Source: Eledone cirrhosa
Lineage: Eukaryota
Reading direction: 5' to 3'
DNA length: 64,000 nt
Assembly: GCA_964016885.1 (NCBI GenBank)
Contig: OZ024743.1
Location: forward strand, 140,430,001 to 140,494,000
Below, piece by piece: positions 22,621 to 34,100 of this stretch (position 1 is its first letter; each line of letters opens with the position of its first letter). Under the pieces are notes generated by a model. It was not told where the DNA came from, ran no database searches, and saw only the letters and a list, made by a program, of their open reading frames with translations. A program made the position numbers and the translations under genes.

Positions 22621-25600
22621 TGCTTGGTGCTTGGTGTTTGGTGCTTGGTGTTTGGTGCTTGGTATTTGGTGCTTGGTACTTGGTGTTAGGTGTTTGGTGT
22701 TTGGTGTTTGGTGCTTGGTGTTTGGTGGTTGGTGTTTGGTGCTTGGTGTTAGGTGTTTGGTGCTTGGTGCTTGGTGTTTGGTGTTTGGTGCTTGGTGTTT
22801 GGTGTTTGGTGCTTGGTTCTTGGTGTTTGGTGCTGGGTGCTTGGTGTTTGGTGTTTGGTGTTATATGCTTGGTGCTTGGTGCTTGGTGTTTGGTGTTTGG
22901 TGTTATATGCTTGGTACTTGGTGCTTGGTGCTTGGTGTTAGGTGTTTGGTGCTTGGTGTTTGGTGTCTGGTTTTTGGTGTTTGGTGCTTGGTGATTGGTG
23001 CTTGGTGTTTGGTGCTTGGTGTTTGGTGTTTGGTGCTAGGTGCTTGGTGTTTGGTGCTTGGTGCTTGGTGTTTGTACTTGGTGCTTGGTGCTTGGTTCTT
23101 GGTGTTTGGTGCTTGGTGCTTGGTGTTTGGTGCTTGGTGCTTGGTGTTTGGTGCTTGGTGTTTGGTGCTTGGTGTTTGGTGCTTGGTGCTTGGTGCTTGG
23201 TGTTTGGTGCTTGGTGTTTGGTGCTTGGTGTTAGGTGTTTGGTGCTTGGTGCTTGGTGTTAGGTGTTTGGTGCTTGGTATTTGGTGCTTGGTGTTTGGTG
23301 CTTGGTGCTTGGTGCTTGGTGCTTGGTGTTTGGTGGTTGGTGTTTGGTGCTTGGTGTTAGGTGTTTGGTGCTTGGTGCTTGGTGTTTGGTGTTTGGTGCT
23401 TGGTGTTTGGTGTTTGGTGCTTGGTGTTTGGTGCTTTTTGCTTGGTGCTTGGTGCTTGGTGTTTGGTGCTTGGTTCTTGGTGTTTGGTGCTGGGTGCTTG
23501 GTGTTTGGTGTTTGGTGTTATATGCTTGGTGTTTGATGCTTGGTGCTTGGTGCTTGGTGTTTGGTGTTTGGTGCTTGGTGTTTGGTGCTTGGTGCTTGGT
23601 GTTTGGTGCTTGGTGCTTGGTGCTTGGTGTTTGGTGCTTGGTGCTTGGTGTTAGGTGTTTGGTGCTTGGTGCTTGGTGTTTGGTGTTTGGTGCTTGGTGT
23701 TTGGTGTTTGGTGTTTGGTGTTTGGTGCTTGGTACTTGGTGCTTGGTGCTTGGTGTTAGGTGTTTGGTGCTTGGTGTTTGGTGTCTGGTTTTTGGTGCTT
23801 GGTGCTTGGTGTTTGGTGCTTGCTGCTGGCTACTTGGTGTTTGGTGCTTGGTGATTGGTGCTTGGTGTTTGGTGCTTGGTGTTTGGTGTTTGGTGCTAGG
23901 TGCTTGGTGTTTGGTGCTTGGTGCTTGGTGTTTGTACTTGGTGCTTGGTGCTTGGTTCTTGGTGTTTGGTGCTTGGTGCTTGGTGTTTGGTGCTTGGTGC
24001 TTGGTGTTTGGTGCTTGGTGTTTGGTGCTTGGTGTTTGGTGCTTGGTGCTTGGTGCTTGGTGTTTGGTGCTTGGTGTTTGGTGCTTGGTGTTAGGTGTTT
24101 GGTGCTTGGTGCTTGGTATTAGGTGTTTGGTGCTTGGTGTTTGGTGCTTGGTGTTTGGTGCTTGGTGCTTGGTGCTTGGTGCTTGGTGTTTGGTGGTTGG
24201 TGTTTGGTGCTTGGTGTTAGGTGTTTGGTGCTTGGTGCTTGGTGTTTGGTGTTTGGTGCTTGGTGTTTGGTGTTTGGTGCTTGGTGTTTGGTGCTTTTTG
24301 CTTGGTGCTTGGTGCTTGGTGTTTGGTGCTTGGTGCTTGGTGTTTGGTGCTGGGTGCTTGGTGTTTGGTGTTTGGTGTTATATGCTTGGTGTTTGATGCT
24401 TGGTGCTTGGTGCTTGGTGTTTGGTGTTTGGTGCTTGGTGTTTGATGCTTGGTGCTTGGTGCTTGGTGTTTGGTGCTTGGTGCTTGGTGTTTGGTGCTTG
24501 GTGCTTGGTGTTTGGTGCTTGGTGTTTGGTGCTTGGTGTTTGGTGCTTGGTGCTTGGTGCTTGGTGTTTGGTGCTTGGTGCTTGGTGCTTGGTGTTAGGT
24601 GCTTGGTGCTTGGTGCTTGGTGTTTGGTGTTTGGTGCTTGGTGTTTGGTGTTTGGTGCTTGGTGTTTGGTGCTTGGTACTTGGTGCTTGGTGCTTGGTGT
24701 TAGGTGTTTGGTGCTTGGTGTTTGGTGTCTGGTTTTTGGTGCTTGGTGCTTGGTGCTTAGTGTTTGGTGCTTGGTGCTTAGTGTTTGGTGCTTGGTGCTT
24801 AGTGTTTGGTGCTAGGTGCTTGGTGTTTGGTGCTTGGTGCTTGGTGTTTGGTGCCTGGTGCTTGGTGTTTGGTGTTTGGTGTTTGGTGCTTGGTGCTTGG
24901 TGTTTGGTGTTTGCTGTTTGCTGTTTGTTGTTTGGTGTTTGCTGTTTGGTGTTTGGTGTTTGCTTTTTGGTGCTTGGTGTTTGATGCTTGGTGCTTGGTG
25001 CTTGGTGTTTGGTGCTTGGTGCTTGGTGTTTGGTGTTTGGTGCTTGGTGCTTGGTGTTTGGTGCTTGCTGCTGGCTGCTTGGTGTTTGGTGCTTGGTGAT
25101 TGGTGCTTGGTGTTTGGTGCTTGGTGTTTGGTGTTTGGTGGTAGGTGCTTGGTGTTTGGTGCTTGGTGCTTGGTGTTTGTACTTGGTGCTTGGTGCTTGG
25201 TTCTTGGTGTTTGGTGCTTGGTGCTTGGTGTTTGGTGCTTGGTGCTTGGTGTTTGGTGCTTGGTGTTTGGTGCTTGGTGTTTGGTGTTTGGTGCTTGGTG
25301 CTTGGTGTTTGGTGCTTGGTGTTTGGTGCTTGGTGTTAGGTGTTTGGTGCTTGGTGCTTGGTGTTTGGTGTTTGGTGCTTGGCGTTTGGTGTTTGGTGTT
25401 ATATGCTTGGTGTTTGATGCTTGGTGCTTGGTGCTTGGTGTTTGGTGCTTGGTGTTTGATGCTTGGTGCTTGGTGCTTGGTGTTTGGTGCTTGGTGCTTG
25501 GTGTTTGTACTTGGTGCTTGGTGCTTGGTTCTTGGTGTTTGGTGCTTGGTGCTTGGTGTTTGGTGTTTGGTGCTTGGTGTTTGGTGCTTGGTGTTTGGTG

Positions 25601-28600
25601 CTTGGTGCTTGGTGCTTAGTGCTTGGTGTTTGGTGCTTGGTGTTAGGTGTTTGGTGCTTGGTGCTTGGTGTTTGGTGTTTGGTGCTTGGTGTTTGGTGCT
25701 TGGTGTTTGGTGTTAGGTGTTTGGTGCTTGGTGTTTGGTGTTTGGTGCTTGGTGTTTGGTGCTTGGTGTTTGGTGCTTGGTGTTTGGTTCTTGGTACTTG
25801 GTGCTTGGTGCTTGGTGTTAGGTGTTTGGTGCTTGGTGCTTGGTGTTTGGTTTTTGGTGCTTGGTGCTTGGTGTTTGGTGTTTTGGGCTTGCTGCTGGCT
25901 GCTTGGTGTTTGATGCTTGGTGATTGGTGCTTGGTGTTTTGTGCTTGGTGTTTGGTGTTTGGTGTTTGGTGCTAGGTGCTTGGTGTTTGGTGCTTGGTGC
26001 TTGGTGCTTGGTGTTTGGTGTTTGGTGTTAGGTGCTTGATGCTCGGTGTTTGGTGCTTGGTGCTGGGTGGTTGGTGTTTAGTGCTTGGTGTTTGGTGCTG
26101 GGTGCTTGGTGTTTGGTACTTGGTGCTTGGTGTTTGGTGCTTGGTGTTTGGTGCTTGGTGTTTGGTGCTTGGTGCTTGGTGCTTGGTGTTTGGTGCTTGG
26201 TGTTTGGTGCTTGGTGTTAGGTGTTTGGTGCTTGGTGCTTGGTGTTAGGTGTTTGGTGCTTGGTATTTGGTGCTTGGTGTTTGGTGCTTGGTGCTTGGTG
26301 CTTGGTGCTTGGTGTTTGGTGGTTGGTGTTTGGTGCTTGGTGTTAGGTGTTTGGTGCTTGGTGCTTGGTGTTTGGTGTTTGGTGCTTGGTGTTTGGTGTT
26401 TGGTGCTTGGTGTTTGGTGCTTTTTGCTTGGTGCTTGGTGCTTGGTGTTTGGTGCTTGGTTCTTGGTGTTTGGTGCTGGGTGCTTGGTGTTTGGTGTTTG
26501 GTGTTATATGCTTGGTGTTTGATGCTTGGTGCTTGGTGCTTGGTGTTTGGTGTTTGGTGCTTGGTGTTTGGTGCTTGGTGCTTGGTGTTTGGTGCTTGGT
26601 GCTTGGTGCTTGGTGTTTGGTGCTTGGTGCTTGGTGTTAGGTGTTTGGTGCTTGGTGCTTGGTGTTTGGTGTTTGGTGCTTGGTGTTTGGTGTTTGGTGT
26701 TTGGTGTTTGGTGCTTGGTACTTGGTGCTTGGTGCTTGGTGTTAGGTGTTTGGTGCTTGGTGTTTGGTGTCTGGTTTTTGGTGCTTGGTGCTTGGTGTTT
26801 GGTGCTTGCTGCTGGCTGCTTGGTGTTTGGTGGTTGGTGATTGGTGCTTGGTGTTTGGTGCTTGGTGTTTGGTGCTTGGTGCTTGGTGTTTGTACTTGGT
26901 GCTTGGTGCTTGGTGCTTGGTGTTTGGTGCTTGGTGTTTGGTGCTTGGTGCTTGGTGCTTGGTCCTTGGTGCTTGGTGTTTGGTGGTTGGTGTTTGGTGG
27001 TTGGTGTTAGGTGTTTGGTGCTTGGTGCTTGGTGCTTGGTCCTTGGTGCTTGGTGTTTGGTGGTTGGTGTTTGGTGGTTGGTGTTAGGTGTTTGGTGCTT
27101 GGTGCTTGGTGTTTGGTGTTTGGTGCTTGGTGTTTGGTGTTTGGTGCTTGGTGTTTGGTGCTTGGTACTTGGTGCTTGGTGCTTGGTGTTAGGTGTTTGG
27201 TGCTTGGTGTTTGGTGCTTGGTGTTTGGTGCTTGGTGCTTGGTGCTTGGTGCTTGGTGTTTGGTGGTTGGTGTTTGGTGCTTGGTGTTTGGTGCTTGGTG
27301 TTACGTGTTTGGTGCTTGGTGCTTGGTGTTTGGTGTTTGGTGCTTGGTATTTGGTGTTTGGTGCTTGGTGTTTGGTGCTTTTTGCTTGGTGCTTGGTGCT
27401 TGGTGTTTGGTGCTGGGTGCTTGGTGCTTGGTGTTTGGTGTTATATGCTTGGTGTTTGATGCTTGGTGCTTGGTGCTTGGTGTTTGGTGTTTGGTGCTTG
27501 GTGCTTGGTGTTTGGTGCTTGGTGTTTGGTGCTTGGTGTTTGGTGGTTGGTGTTTGGTGCTTGGTGTTTGGTGCTTGGTGTTACGTGTTTGGTGCTTGGT
27601 GCTTGGTGTTTGGTGTTTGGTGCTTGGTATTTGGTGTTTGGTGCTTGGTGTTTGGTGCTTTTTGCTTGGTGCTTGGTGCTTGGTGTTTGGTGCTGGGTGC
27701 TTGGTGCTTGGTGTTTGGTGTTATATGCTTGGTGTTTGATGCTTGGTGCTTGGTGCTTGGTGTTTGGTGCTTGGTGTTTGGTGCTTGGTATTTGGTGCTT
27801 GGTGCTTGGTGTTAGGTGTTTGGTGTTTGGTGTTTGGTGCTTGGTGTTTGGTGGTTGGTGTTTGGTGCTTGGTGTTAGGTGTTTGGTGCTTGGTGCTTGG
27901 TGTTTGGTGTTTGGTGCTTGGTGTTTGGTGTTTGGTGCTTGGTTCTTGGTGTTTGGTGCTGGGTGCTTGGTGTTTGGTGTTTGGTGTTATATGCTTGGTG
28001 CTTGGTGCTTGGTGTTTGGTGTTTGGTGTTATATGCTTGGTACTTGGTGCTTGGTGCTTGGTGTTAGGTGTTTGGTGCTTGGTGTTTGGTGTCTGGTTTT
28101 TGGTGTTTGGTGCTTGGTGATTGGTGCTTGGTGTTTGGTGCTTGGTGTTTGGTGTTTGGTGCTAGGTGCTTGGTGTTTGGTGCTTGGTGCTTGGTGTTTG
28201 TACTTGGTGCTTGGTGCTTGGTTCTTGGTGTTTGGTGCTTGGTGCTTGGTGTTTGGTGCTTTGTGCTTGGTGTTTGGTGCTTGGTGTTTGGTGCTTGGTG
28301 TTTGGTGCTTGGTGCTTGGTGCTTGGTGTTTGGTGCTTGGTGTTTGGTGCTTGGTGTTAGGTGTTTGGTGCTTGGTGCTTGGTGTTAGGTGTTTGGTGCT
28401 TGGTATTTGGTGCTTGGTGTTTGGTGCTTGGTGCTTGGTGCTTGGTGCTTGGTGTTTGGTGGTTGGTGTTTGGTGCTTGGTGTTAGGTGTTTGGTGCTTG
28501 GTGCTTGGTGTTTGGTGTTTGGTGCTTGGTGTTTGGTGTTTGGTGCTTGGTGTTTGGTGCTTTTTGCTTGGTGCTTGGTGCTTGGTGTTTGGTGCTTGGT

Positions 28601-31158
28601 TCTTGGTGTTTGGTGCTGGGTGCTTGGTGTTTGGTGTTTGGTGTTATATGCTTGGTGTTTGATGCTTGGTGCTTGGTGCTTGGTGTTTGGTGTTTGGTGC
28701 TTGGTGTTTGGTGCTTGGTGCTTGGTGTTTGGTGCTTGCTGCTTGGTGCTTGGTGTTTGGTGCTTGGTGCTTGGTGTTAGGTGTTTGGTGCTTGGTGCTT
28801 GGTGTTTGGTGTTTGGTGCTTGGTGTTTGGTGTTTGGTGTTTGGTGTTTGGTGCTTGGTACTTGGTGCTTGGTGCTTGGTGTTAGGTGTTTGGTGCTTGG
28901 TGTTTGGTGTCTGGTTTTTGGTGCTTGGTGCTTGGTGTTTGGTGCTTGCTGCTGGCTACTTGGTGTTTGGTGCTTGGTGATTGGTGCTTGGTGTTTGGTG
29001 CTTGGTGTTTGGTGTTTGGTGCTAGGTGCTTGGTGTTTGGTGCTTGGTGCTTGGTGTTTGTACTTGGTGCTTGGTGCTTGGTTCTTGGTGTTTGGTGCTT
29101 GGTGCTTGGTGTTTGGTGCTTGGTGCTTGGTGTTTGGTGCTTGGTGTTTGGTTCTTGGTGTTTGGTGCTTGGTGCTTGGTGCTTGGTGTTTGGTGCTTGG
29201 TGTTTGGTGCTTGGTGTTAGGTGTTTGGTGCTTGGTGCTTGGTGTTAGGTGTTTGGTGCTTGGTGTTTGGTGCTTGGTGTTTGGTGCTTGGTGCTTGGTG
29301 CTTGGTGCTTGGTGTTTGGTGGTTGGTGTTTGGTGCTTGGTGTTAGGTGTTTGGTGCTTGGTGCTTGGTGTTTGGTGTTTGGTGCTTGGTGTTTGGTGTT
29401 TGGTGCTTGGTGTTTGGTGCTTTTTGCTTGGTGCTTGGTGCTTGGTGTTTGGTGCTTGGTGCTTGGTGTTTGGTGCTGGGTGCTTGGTGTTTGGTGTTTG
29501 GTGTTATATGCTTGGTGTTTGATGCTTGGTGCTTGGTGCTTGGTGTTTGGTGTTTGGTGCTTGGTGTTTGATGCTTGGTGCTTGGTGCTTGGTGTTTGGT
29601 GCTTGGTGCTTGGTGTTTGGTGCTTGGTGCTTGGTGTTTGGTGCTTGGTGTTTGGTGCTTGGTGTTTGGTGCTTGGTGCTTGGTGCTTGGTGCTTGGTGT
29701 TTGGTGGTTGGTGCTTGGTGCTTGGTGTTAGGTGTTTGGTGCTTGGTGCTTGGTGTTTGGTGTTTGGTGCTTGGTGTTTGGTGTTTGGTGCTTGGTGTTT
29801 GGTGCTTGGTACTTGGTGCTTGGTGCTTGGTGTTAGGTGTTTGGTGCTTGGTGTTTGGTGTCTGGTTTTTGGTGCTTGGTGCTTGGTGCTTAGTGTTTGG
29901 TGCTTGGTGCTTAGTGTTTGGTGCTAGGTGCTTGGTGTTTGGTGCTTGGTGCTTGGTGTTTGGTGCCTGGTGCTTGGTGTTTGGTGTTTGGTGTTTGGTG
30001 CTTGGTGCTTGGTGTTTGGTGTTTGCTGTTTGCTGTTTGTTGTTTGGTGTTTGCTGTTTGGTGTTTGGTGTTTGCTTTTTGGTGCTTGGTGTTTGATGCT
30101 TGGTGCTTGGTGCTTGGTGTTTGGTGCTTGGTGCTTGGTGCTTGGTGTTTGGTGCTTGGTGCTTGGTGTTTGGTGCTTGGTGTTTGGTGCTTGGTGTTTG
30201 GTGTTTGGTGCTTGGTGCTTGGTGTTTGGTGCTTGGTGTTTGGTGCTTGGTGTTAGGTGTTTGGTGCTTGGTGCTTGGTGTTTGGTGTTTGGCGCTTGGC
30301 GTTTGGTGTTTGGTGTTATATGCTTGGTGTTTGATGCTTGGTGCTTGGTGCTTGGTGTTTGGTGCTTGGTGTTTGATGCTTGGTGCTTGGTGCTTGGTGT
30401 TTGGTGCTTGGTGCTTGGTGTTTGTACTTGGTGCTTGGTGCTTGGTTCTTGGTGTTTGGTGCTTGGTGCTTGGTGTTTGGTGTTTGGTGCTTGGTGTTTG
30501 GTGCTTGGTGTTTGGTGCTTGGTGCTTGGTGCTTAGTGCTTGGTGTTTGGTGCTTGGTGTTAGGTGTTTGGTGCTTGGTGCTTGGTGTTTGGTGTTTGGT
30601 GCTTGGTGTTTGGTGCTTGGTGTTTGGTGTTAGGTGTTTGGTGCTTGGTGTTTGGTGTTTGGTGCTTGGTGTTTGGTGCTTGGTGTTTGGTGCTTGGTGT
30701 TTGGTGCTTGGTACTTGGTGCTTGGTGCTTGGTGTTAGGTGTTTGGTGCTTGGTGCTTGGTGTTTGGTTTTTGGTGCTTGGTGCATGGTGTTTGGTGTTT
30801 GGGGCTTGCTGCTGGCTGCTTGGTGTTTGATGCTTGGTGATTGGTGCTTGGTGTTTTGTGCTTGGTGTTTGGTGTTTGGTGTTTGGTGCTAGGTGCTTGG
30901 TGTTTGGTGCTTGGTGCTTGGTGCTTGGTGTTTGGTGTTTGGTGTTAGGTGCTTGATGCTTGGTGTTTGGTGCTTGGTGCTGGGTGGTTGGTGTTTAGTG
31001 CTTGGTGTTTGGTGCTGGGTGCTTGGTGTTTGGTGCTTGGTGCTTGGTCTTTGGTGCTTGGTGTTTGGTGTTTGGTGCTTGGTGCTTGGTGCTTGGTGTT
31101 TGGTGCTTGGTGCTTGGTGTTTGGTGCTTGGTGCTTAGTGTTTGGTGCTTGGTGCTTA

Positions 31159-34100
31159 GTGTTTGGTGCTAGGTGCTTGGTGTTTGGTGCTTGGTGCTTG
31201 GTGTTTGGTGCCTGGTGCTTGGTGTTTGGTGTTTGGTGTTTGGTGCTTGGTGCTTGGTGTTTGGTGTTTGCTGTTTGCTGTTTGTTGTTTGGTGTTTGCT
31301 CTTTGGTGTTTGGTGTTTGCTTTTTGGTGCTTGGTGTTCGGTGCTTGGTGCTTGGTGTTTGGTGCTTGGTGTTCGGTGCTTGGTGCTTGGTGTTTGGTGC
31401 CTGGTGCTTGGTGTTTGGTGCTTGGTGTTTGGTGTTTGGTGCTTGGTGCTTGGAGTTTGGTGTTTGGTGCTTGGTGCTTGGTGTTTCGTGTTTCGTGTTT
31501 GGTTTTTGGTGCTTGGTGCTTGGTGCTTGGTCCTTGGTGTTTGGTGTTTGCTGCTTGGTGTTTGATGCTTGGTGCTTGGTGCTTGGTGTTTTGTGCTTGG
31601 TGCTTGGTGGTTGGTGTTTGGTGCTTGGTGCTTGGTGCTTGGTGTTTGTACTTGGTGATTGGTGTTTGGTTCTTGGTTCTTGGTGTTTGGTGTTTGGCGT
31701 TTGGTGTTTGGTGCTTGGTGCTTGGTGTTTGGTGCTTGGTGCTTGGTGTTTGGTGCCTGGTGCTTGGTGCTTGGTGTTTGCTGCTTGGTGTTTGATGCTT
31801 GGTGCTTGGTGCTTGGTGTTTTGTGTTTGGTGCTTGGTTCTTGGTGTTTGGTGCTTGGTGCTTGGTGTTTGGTGCCTGGTGCTTGGTGCTTGGTGTTTGG
31901 TGTTTGGTGCTTGGTGCTTTGTGTTTTGTGTTTGGTGTTTGGTTTTTGGTGCTTGGTGCTTGGTCCTTGGTGTTTGGTGCTGGGTGCTTTGTGTTTGGTG
32001 CTTGGTGCTTGGTGTTTGGTGTTTGCTGCTTGGTGTTTGATGCTTGGTGCTTGGTGCTTGGTGTTTTGTGTTTGGTGCTTGGTTCTTGGTGTTTGGTGCT
32101 TGGTGCTTGGTACTTGGTGTTTGTACTTGGTGCTTGGTGCTTGGTGTTTGGTTCTTGGTTCTTGGTGTTTGGTACTTGGTGCTTCGTGCTTGATGTTTGG
32201 TGTTTGGTGCTTGGTGTTTGGTGCTTGGTGCTTGGTGCTTGGTGTTAGGTGTTTGGTGCTTGGTCCTTGTTGTTTGGTGCTTGGTGTTTGGTGTTTGCTG
32301 TTTGGTGTTTGGTGTTTGGTGTTTGGTGTTTGCTGTTTGATGTCTGCTTTTTGGTGTTCAGTGTTTGCTGTATGGTGTTTGGTGTTTGCTGTTTGGTGTT
32401 TGGTCTTTGGTCCTTGGTGTTTGGTGCTTGGTGCTTGGTGTTTGGTGTTTGGTGCTTGGTGCTTGGTGTTTGGTGTTTGGTGCTTGGTGTTTGGTGTTTG
32501 GTGCTTGGTGTCTGGTGCTTGGTGTTTGGTTTTTGGTGCTTGGTGTTTGGTGTTTGGTGTTTGGTGTTTGGTGCTTGGTGCTTGGTGTTTGGTGTTTGGT
32601 GCTTGGTGTCTGGTGCTTGGTGTTTGGTGTTTGGTGCTTGGTGTTTGGTGTTTGGTGTTTGGTGCTTGGTGCTTGGTGCTTGGTGTTTGGTGTTTGGTGC
32701 TTGGTGTTTGGTGCTTGGTGCTGGGTGGTTGGTGTTTGGTGCTTGGTGTTTGGTGCTGGGTGCTTGGTGTTTGGTGCTGGGTGCTTGGTGTTTGGTGCTT
32801 GGTGCTTGGTCTTTGGTGCTTGGTGTTTGGTGCTTGGTGCTTGGTGCTTGGCGTTTGGTGGTTGGTGCTTGGTGTTTGGTGCTTGGTGCTTGGTGTTTGG
32901 TTTTTGGTGCTTGGTGCTTGGTGTTTGGTGTTTGGTGCTTGCTGCTGGCTGCTTGGTGTTTGATGCATGGTGATTGGTGCTTGGTGTTGGTGCTTGGTGT
33001 TTGGTGTTTGATGCTTGGTGCTTGGTGCTTGGTGTTTGGTGCTTGGTGCTTGGTGTTTGGTGCTTGGTGCTTGGTGTTTGGTGCTTGGTGTTTGGTGCTT
33101 GGTGCTTGGTGCTTGGTGCTTGGTGTTTGGTGGTTGGTGCTTGGTGCTTGGTGTTAGGTGTTTGGTGCTTGGTGCTTGGTGTTTGGTGTTTGGTGCTTGG
33201 TGTTTGGTGTTTGGTGCTTGGTGTTTGGTGCTTGGTACTTGGTGCTTGGTGCTTGGTGTTAGGTGTTTGGTGCTTGGTGCTTGGTGTCTGGTTTTTGGTG
33301 CTTGGTGCTTGGTGTTTGGTGTTTGGTGCTTGCTGCTGGCTGCTTGGTGTTTGGTGCTTGGTGATTGGTGCTTGGTGTTTGGTGTTTGGTGTTTGGTGTT
33401 TGGTGCTTGGTGATTGGTGTTTGTACTTGGTGCTTGGTGCTTGGTTCTTGGTGTTTGGTGCTTGGTGCTTGGTGTTTGGTGTTATATGCTTGGTGTTTGA
33501 TGCTTGGTGCTTGGTGCTTGGTGCTTGGTGTTTGGTGTTTGGTGTTTGATGCTTGGTGCTTGGTGTTTGGTGCTTGGTGCTTGGTGTTTGTACTTGGTGC
33601 TTGGTGCTTGGTGCTTGGTGTTTGGTGCTTGGTGCTTGGTGCTTGGTCCTTGGTGCTTGGTGTTTGGTGGTTGGTGTTTGGTGCTTGGTGTTAGGTGCCT
33701 GGTGCTTGGTGCTTGGTGTTTGGTGTTTGGTGCTTGGTGTTTGGTGTTTGGTGCTTGGTATTTGGTGCTTGGTACTTGGTGCTTGGTGCTTGGTGTTAGG
33801 TGTTTGGTGCTTGGTGTTTGGTGCTTGGTGTTTGGTGCTTGGTGTTTGGTGGTTGGTGTTTGGTGCTTGGTGTTTGGTGCTTGGTGTTAGGTGCTTGGTG
33901 ATTGGTGCTTGGTGTTTGGTGTTTGGTGCTTGGTGTTTGGTGTTTGGTGCTTGGTGTTTGGTGCTTTTTGCTTGGTGCTTGGTGCTTGGTGTTTGGTGCT
34001 GGGTGCTTGGTGCTTGGTGTTTCGTGTTATATGCTTGGTGTTTGATGCTTGGTGCTTGGTGCTTGGTGTTTGGTGTTTGGTGCTTGGTGTTTGATGCTTG

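Larger units (their letters stand above)
14900..30930 (+). repeat. About 5 kb higher-order repeat, three copies (about 14.9-20.9 kb rearranged, 20.9-26.0 kb, 26.0-30.9 kb), period 5119/5126 bp between copies 2 and 3
   Basis: ORF pairs 21130/26249 (5119), 22337/27463 and 23263/28389 (5126). The earlier copy is shown by 14997/21130 (6133), 18802/23760 (4958) and 20612/25647 (5035). Each copy ends in a GGGC-TTGCTGC-TGGCTGC marker (about 20850, 25885, 30800). Confidence 0.88.
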
